Shown in pieces: positions 11,566-14,560 of a stretch of DNA of 14,560 nt. The position numbers were made by a program, and so were the translations under genes. The stretch lies in assembly GCA_030141605.1 (NCBI GenBank), contig JAQGDQ010002113.1:1-14560 (forward strand), written 5' to 3'. The notes beneath the pieces are model-generated. The model saw nothing but the letters and a program-made list of their open reading frames with translations. It made no database searches and was not told the DNA's origin. Each line of letters opens with the position of its first letter. The first letter of the stretch is position 1. This DNA comes from Tubiluchus corallicola. Lineage: Eukaryota; Animalia; Priapulida.

Positions 11566-11997
11566 ATGACATCTAGAAGGGGCCATCATGGCACTACAAT
11601 GTTCCTTCTGTGTTTCTTATTGTGTTCAAAGGCGCAGAAAATTGTGGAGAAAGTTGCTTTCGATGAAAATTGCTCAAGAGAACAGGCAATAAATATGATA
11701 AACAAAGCAGAAGAGGCAATTGAAAACACCAACTCTTCTGTTCACGACACTAAGGGACCATCAGATTGGGAAGCCTTTCAAGAACTGACAAATACGATTA
11801 GTAAAAGGTCACTCAGATCTCGACATAAAGACGACAGAACTACCTTATACATAGGTGGCTTATTTGAACTTTCACAAACTCCACTAAAAAGTGCTGGTTC
11901 TGCTGAACTAGCAGCAGCCATGTTGGCCATTGATCACGTGAACAGCAAGGATTTCATCCCAGGCTATAAAATCGAGCTTTACTACAATGACACCAGG
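11566..11997 (+). CDS. GABA-B-R3: First coding exon of a GABA-B receptor-like class C GPCR (signal peptide plus start of the Venus flytrap/ANF-receptor domain), most like invertebrate subtype R3
   Basis: 144 codons ending NDTR, then a phase-0 consensus donor AGG|GTAAGT at 11998. Hydrophobic signal peptide MFLLCFLLCSKA. The segment LYIGGLFELS...AELAAAMLAIDHVNSKDFIPGYKIELYYNDT is the GABA-B Venus flytrap N-terminus; from memory, GLFELS and xELxAAxxA resemble the insect R3 subtype. The remaining exons are not recognisable in the window. Confidence 0.88.
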
Positions 11998-12182
11998 GTA
12001 AGTAAAGTTTATTTTTGGTAAAGCATTATAGCAATTTTCTCAGGAAAACATATCCAATGTACAAGTAGCATCATTTTGTATGTTAAACTGAAGCTTTTCA
12101 TTAACTTGAATGACTAACACAATGAAAATTGCAGTTCGGCTTGAAACACTGATTTCAAACCGCTCCTGACAGTTTGTAGGCG

Positions 12183-12625
12183 GCTGCTGCTGGTAATGTT
12201 ATTGTTGTTGTTGTTGTTATTGTTGTTGTTGTCGCTGTTGCTGTTGTTATTGTCGCTGTTGTTGTTGTCGTCGTTTTTGTTGTTGTTGTTGCCATCGTTA
12301 TTGTTGGCGCTTTCCATTGTTGTTGTTGCAGTTGCTGTTGCTGCTGTTGTTGTTGCTGTTATTGTTGTTGTCGTTGTTGTCATTGTCGTCGTTGTCGATG
12401 TCATTGTCATTGTCGTTGTTGTTGTCGCTGCTTCTTTTGTTGTTGTCATTGCTGTTGCCATTGTTGTTGTCATTCTTGCTGTTGTAGTTGTCGTCGTCGT
12501 CGCTGCCGCTGTTACTGCTGCTGCTGCTGTTGCTATTGTTGTTGTTATTGCTGTTTCTGCCACCACCATCACCTACATTACTACCAACACCAGTACTACG
12601 ACCACTACATCACTGTTACTAGTGT
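12183..12625. repeat. Degenerate intronic (GTT/GTC/GCT)n microsatellite ending in a (CAC/TAC) block
   Basis: Runs of gttgttgtt, gtcgtc and gctgct, then accaccatc/actacc from ~12560. Confidence 0.95.
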
Positions 12626-13101
12626 TATCTTAACGTATACGTTTATTTCAACATCATTTTGCAGTGAGACGATGAAAGCTTTGTTTTGTGATTCTAACCT
12701 ACCGGGGATTGTTTAGTGAAATAAAAGCCAGTAATAAGTTTTACGATTTTGATAAAAGTGCAATAAAATTCACCCAGTCGATAAAATGCTCTCTAACAAA
12801 CCGTCAACATACACTACTCGTAGACGACTAATTCAGAATTATCGAACGTAACTTGGAATTTTATCGAGATACCTTGTCATATCAGAATTGGAAAAGTCAT
12901 TAACCGCGTGTGTATACGACACTTAAAGTGGTTTATAGCGGAATTTCTCCTGTAATCCCCATTTCCAGGTTTTCAAAATTTCCGAGGATCAAATATCCAG
13001 GGCACAAAGGCCCAGACAACACAGACCCAAATGTGACGACAGAAACAACCATATCGATGACGTGAGACAGAAGAAAAAAAGAGGTTTTGTATGACTGGGT
13101 G

Positions 13102-13293
13102 TAATGATGACAACGACGATGACAGTGATGATGATTATAATGACGGTGATGACCATCAAGTTGTAGCTGTCATGATGATAATATTGATGAGACTCCAATG
13201 ATTATGGTTATGATTATGACCATAGCAATGACGATGACGATAACGGTCATGATGGTTATGTTGATGATGATGATGATGATTATGACGATGACA
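13102..13293. repeat. Degenerate (GAT/GAC)n microsatellite
   Basis: atgatgacaacgacgatgac ... gatgatgatgatgatgattatgacgatgac. Confidence 0.85.
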
Positions 13294-14560
13294 GCTGGAA
13301 AGAAAGCCATTAACAGAAGTTTTAGAAAAACAAATGATCTTAAGGTTCAGACATGCGCAATGTAGCTCAGTTACATTACGACTGTGTGTATGAGATTTTT
13401 TAAAAGACAAAAAATCTATGAAAACATTTGGAGTAATCCATTTACACATATTCCTTTGTAAAAGATATGCTTTGTAGTAGAGTAACATTGACAAGGTGTC
13501 TTTAATCTTTGAAAGCTACCTCTTAAAGATTTTAATGCATACCCAAGACGTTAGCTGAAGTTGAGGAAATAAACAAGTTCGACTCGAACAATTGGTCGAG
13601 GGACTCAATGAACTCGAGACGGTGGGTCGGAAAACTGACTCCGTCAATAGATTTATTCTAGTACGAATCTTACTACTTTGCATTCCGTTACCAGGGGTCA
13701 GCAGTTTACTTTGGCATGAGGTCAACATAGGGTGTTAACAAAGCAAAGTACTATGCTACTATGGTTTACAGTTTTTGAGCTCGTTTTGCCTTATTACAAA
13801 AATTATGTTAATGCCGTCATCTCGAATTCAAAATGGCAAACAAAAAATCTGACTTTGTTAGTCGATGCAGACTTGTTCTACGTATACTACTATTAAAAGT
13901 TTTATGATGATCTATTGCGAAATTGACAGAGTTTTGGGCTTTTTTCGAAAATAACGTTGTGAGGATGTAGCCTAATTTTCGCTGTTGTAAATAAGTGACT
14001 AAGTGGTCCGTGACTTAAATGTAACCCTTAAAGGACAAGAAAAGGGTATTTGAAGTAGGTTTTCCGAAAAATCGCCTTAAAAAATGACACTATCTTACAG
14101 CAATTTTATGCACATATCGTACTCGCGTTAAAAGGTATGTTTGTTTGTTTTCATTTTAAGTCTCTCGCAGTGCTGTTCCGCTGCCATTATATGACGTCAC
14201 CTACTCAAATCAGGGGAAGAAAAGGCAATGTTAAATTATGTCCCAAAAGACTTTCTATGAAAATCTGTATTACTTAGCATTTTGCTTACCTGCTGGAAAG
14301 ACGTATTTAATTAGAAATAGTAATTTAAAATGTATGTGCCAATTGGAAAAATGTCGCTGACTCACCCTCCAGGGTGCGCCACTCACTAACCAAAAGCGTA
14401 TTTTTAATCTTATTGACAAGATACAGTAATTAAAAATTTTCCTTACTTAGCAACATGTATGCTACGAATGCTCTGATTATTTTTTCAAACTTCACTCAGT
14501 ATTATCTAAACTTGTTTCAAACCACCTACCATTAAAGTGGCTGCGCCTAACGGTCATCGC

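Noticed and set aside
11998-12021. ORF tail VSKVYFW* as the true C-terminus of the 151-aa ORF
   Set aside because: It is read-through into the intron after the GTAAGT donor. The receptor family continues with a Cys-containing motif in a later exon.
12114-13494. ORFs 12114-12572, 12196-12633, 12989-13198 and 13156-13494
   Set aside because: Derived from GTT and GAT microsatellites in the intron.

Overview
AT-rich, intron-containing eukaryotic (invertebrate-type animal) genomic DNA; no prokaryotic features. The left ~8.2 kb is one large inverted duplication. Its arms (~1-2479 and ~5717-8190, roughly 97-98% identical by eye) flank a ~3.2 kb spacer, and both inner junctions carry tandem repeats: a 37-bp x 24.6 minisatellite on the left and a 47-bp x 2 duplication on the right. 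The outer ends run into trinucleotide microsatellites. The spacer holds a tRNA-derived relic and a GC-rich patch with divergent splice-donor signals. The right half has a 160-bp spacer-less palindrome, several simple repeats and one convincing coding exon: the first coding exon of a GABA-B receptor-like class C GPCR (R3-like, 11566-11997, +). Almost all other ORFs in the track are repeat artefacts or chance ORFs.
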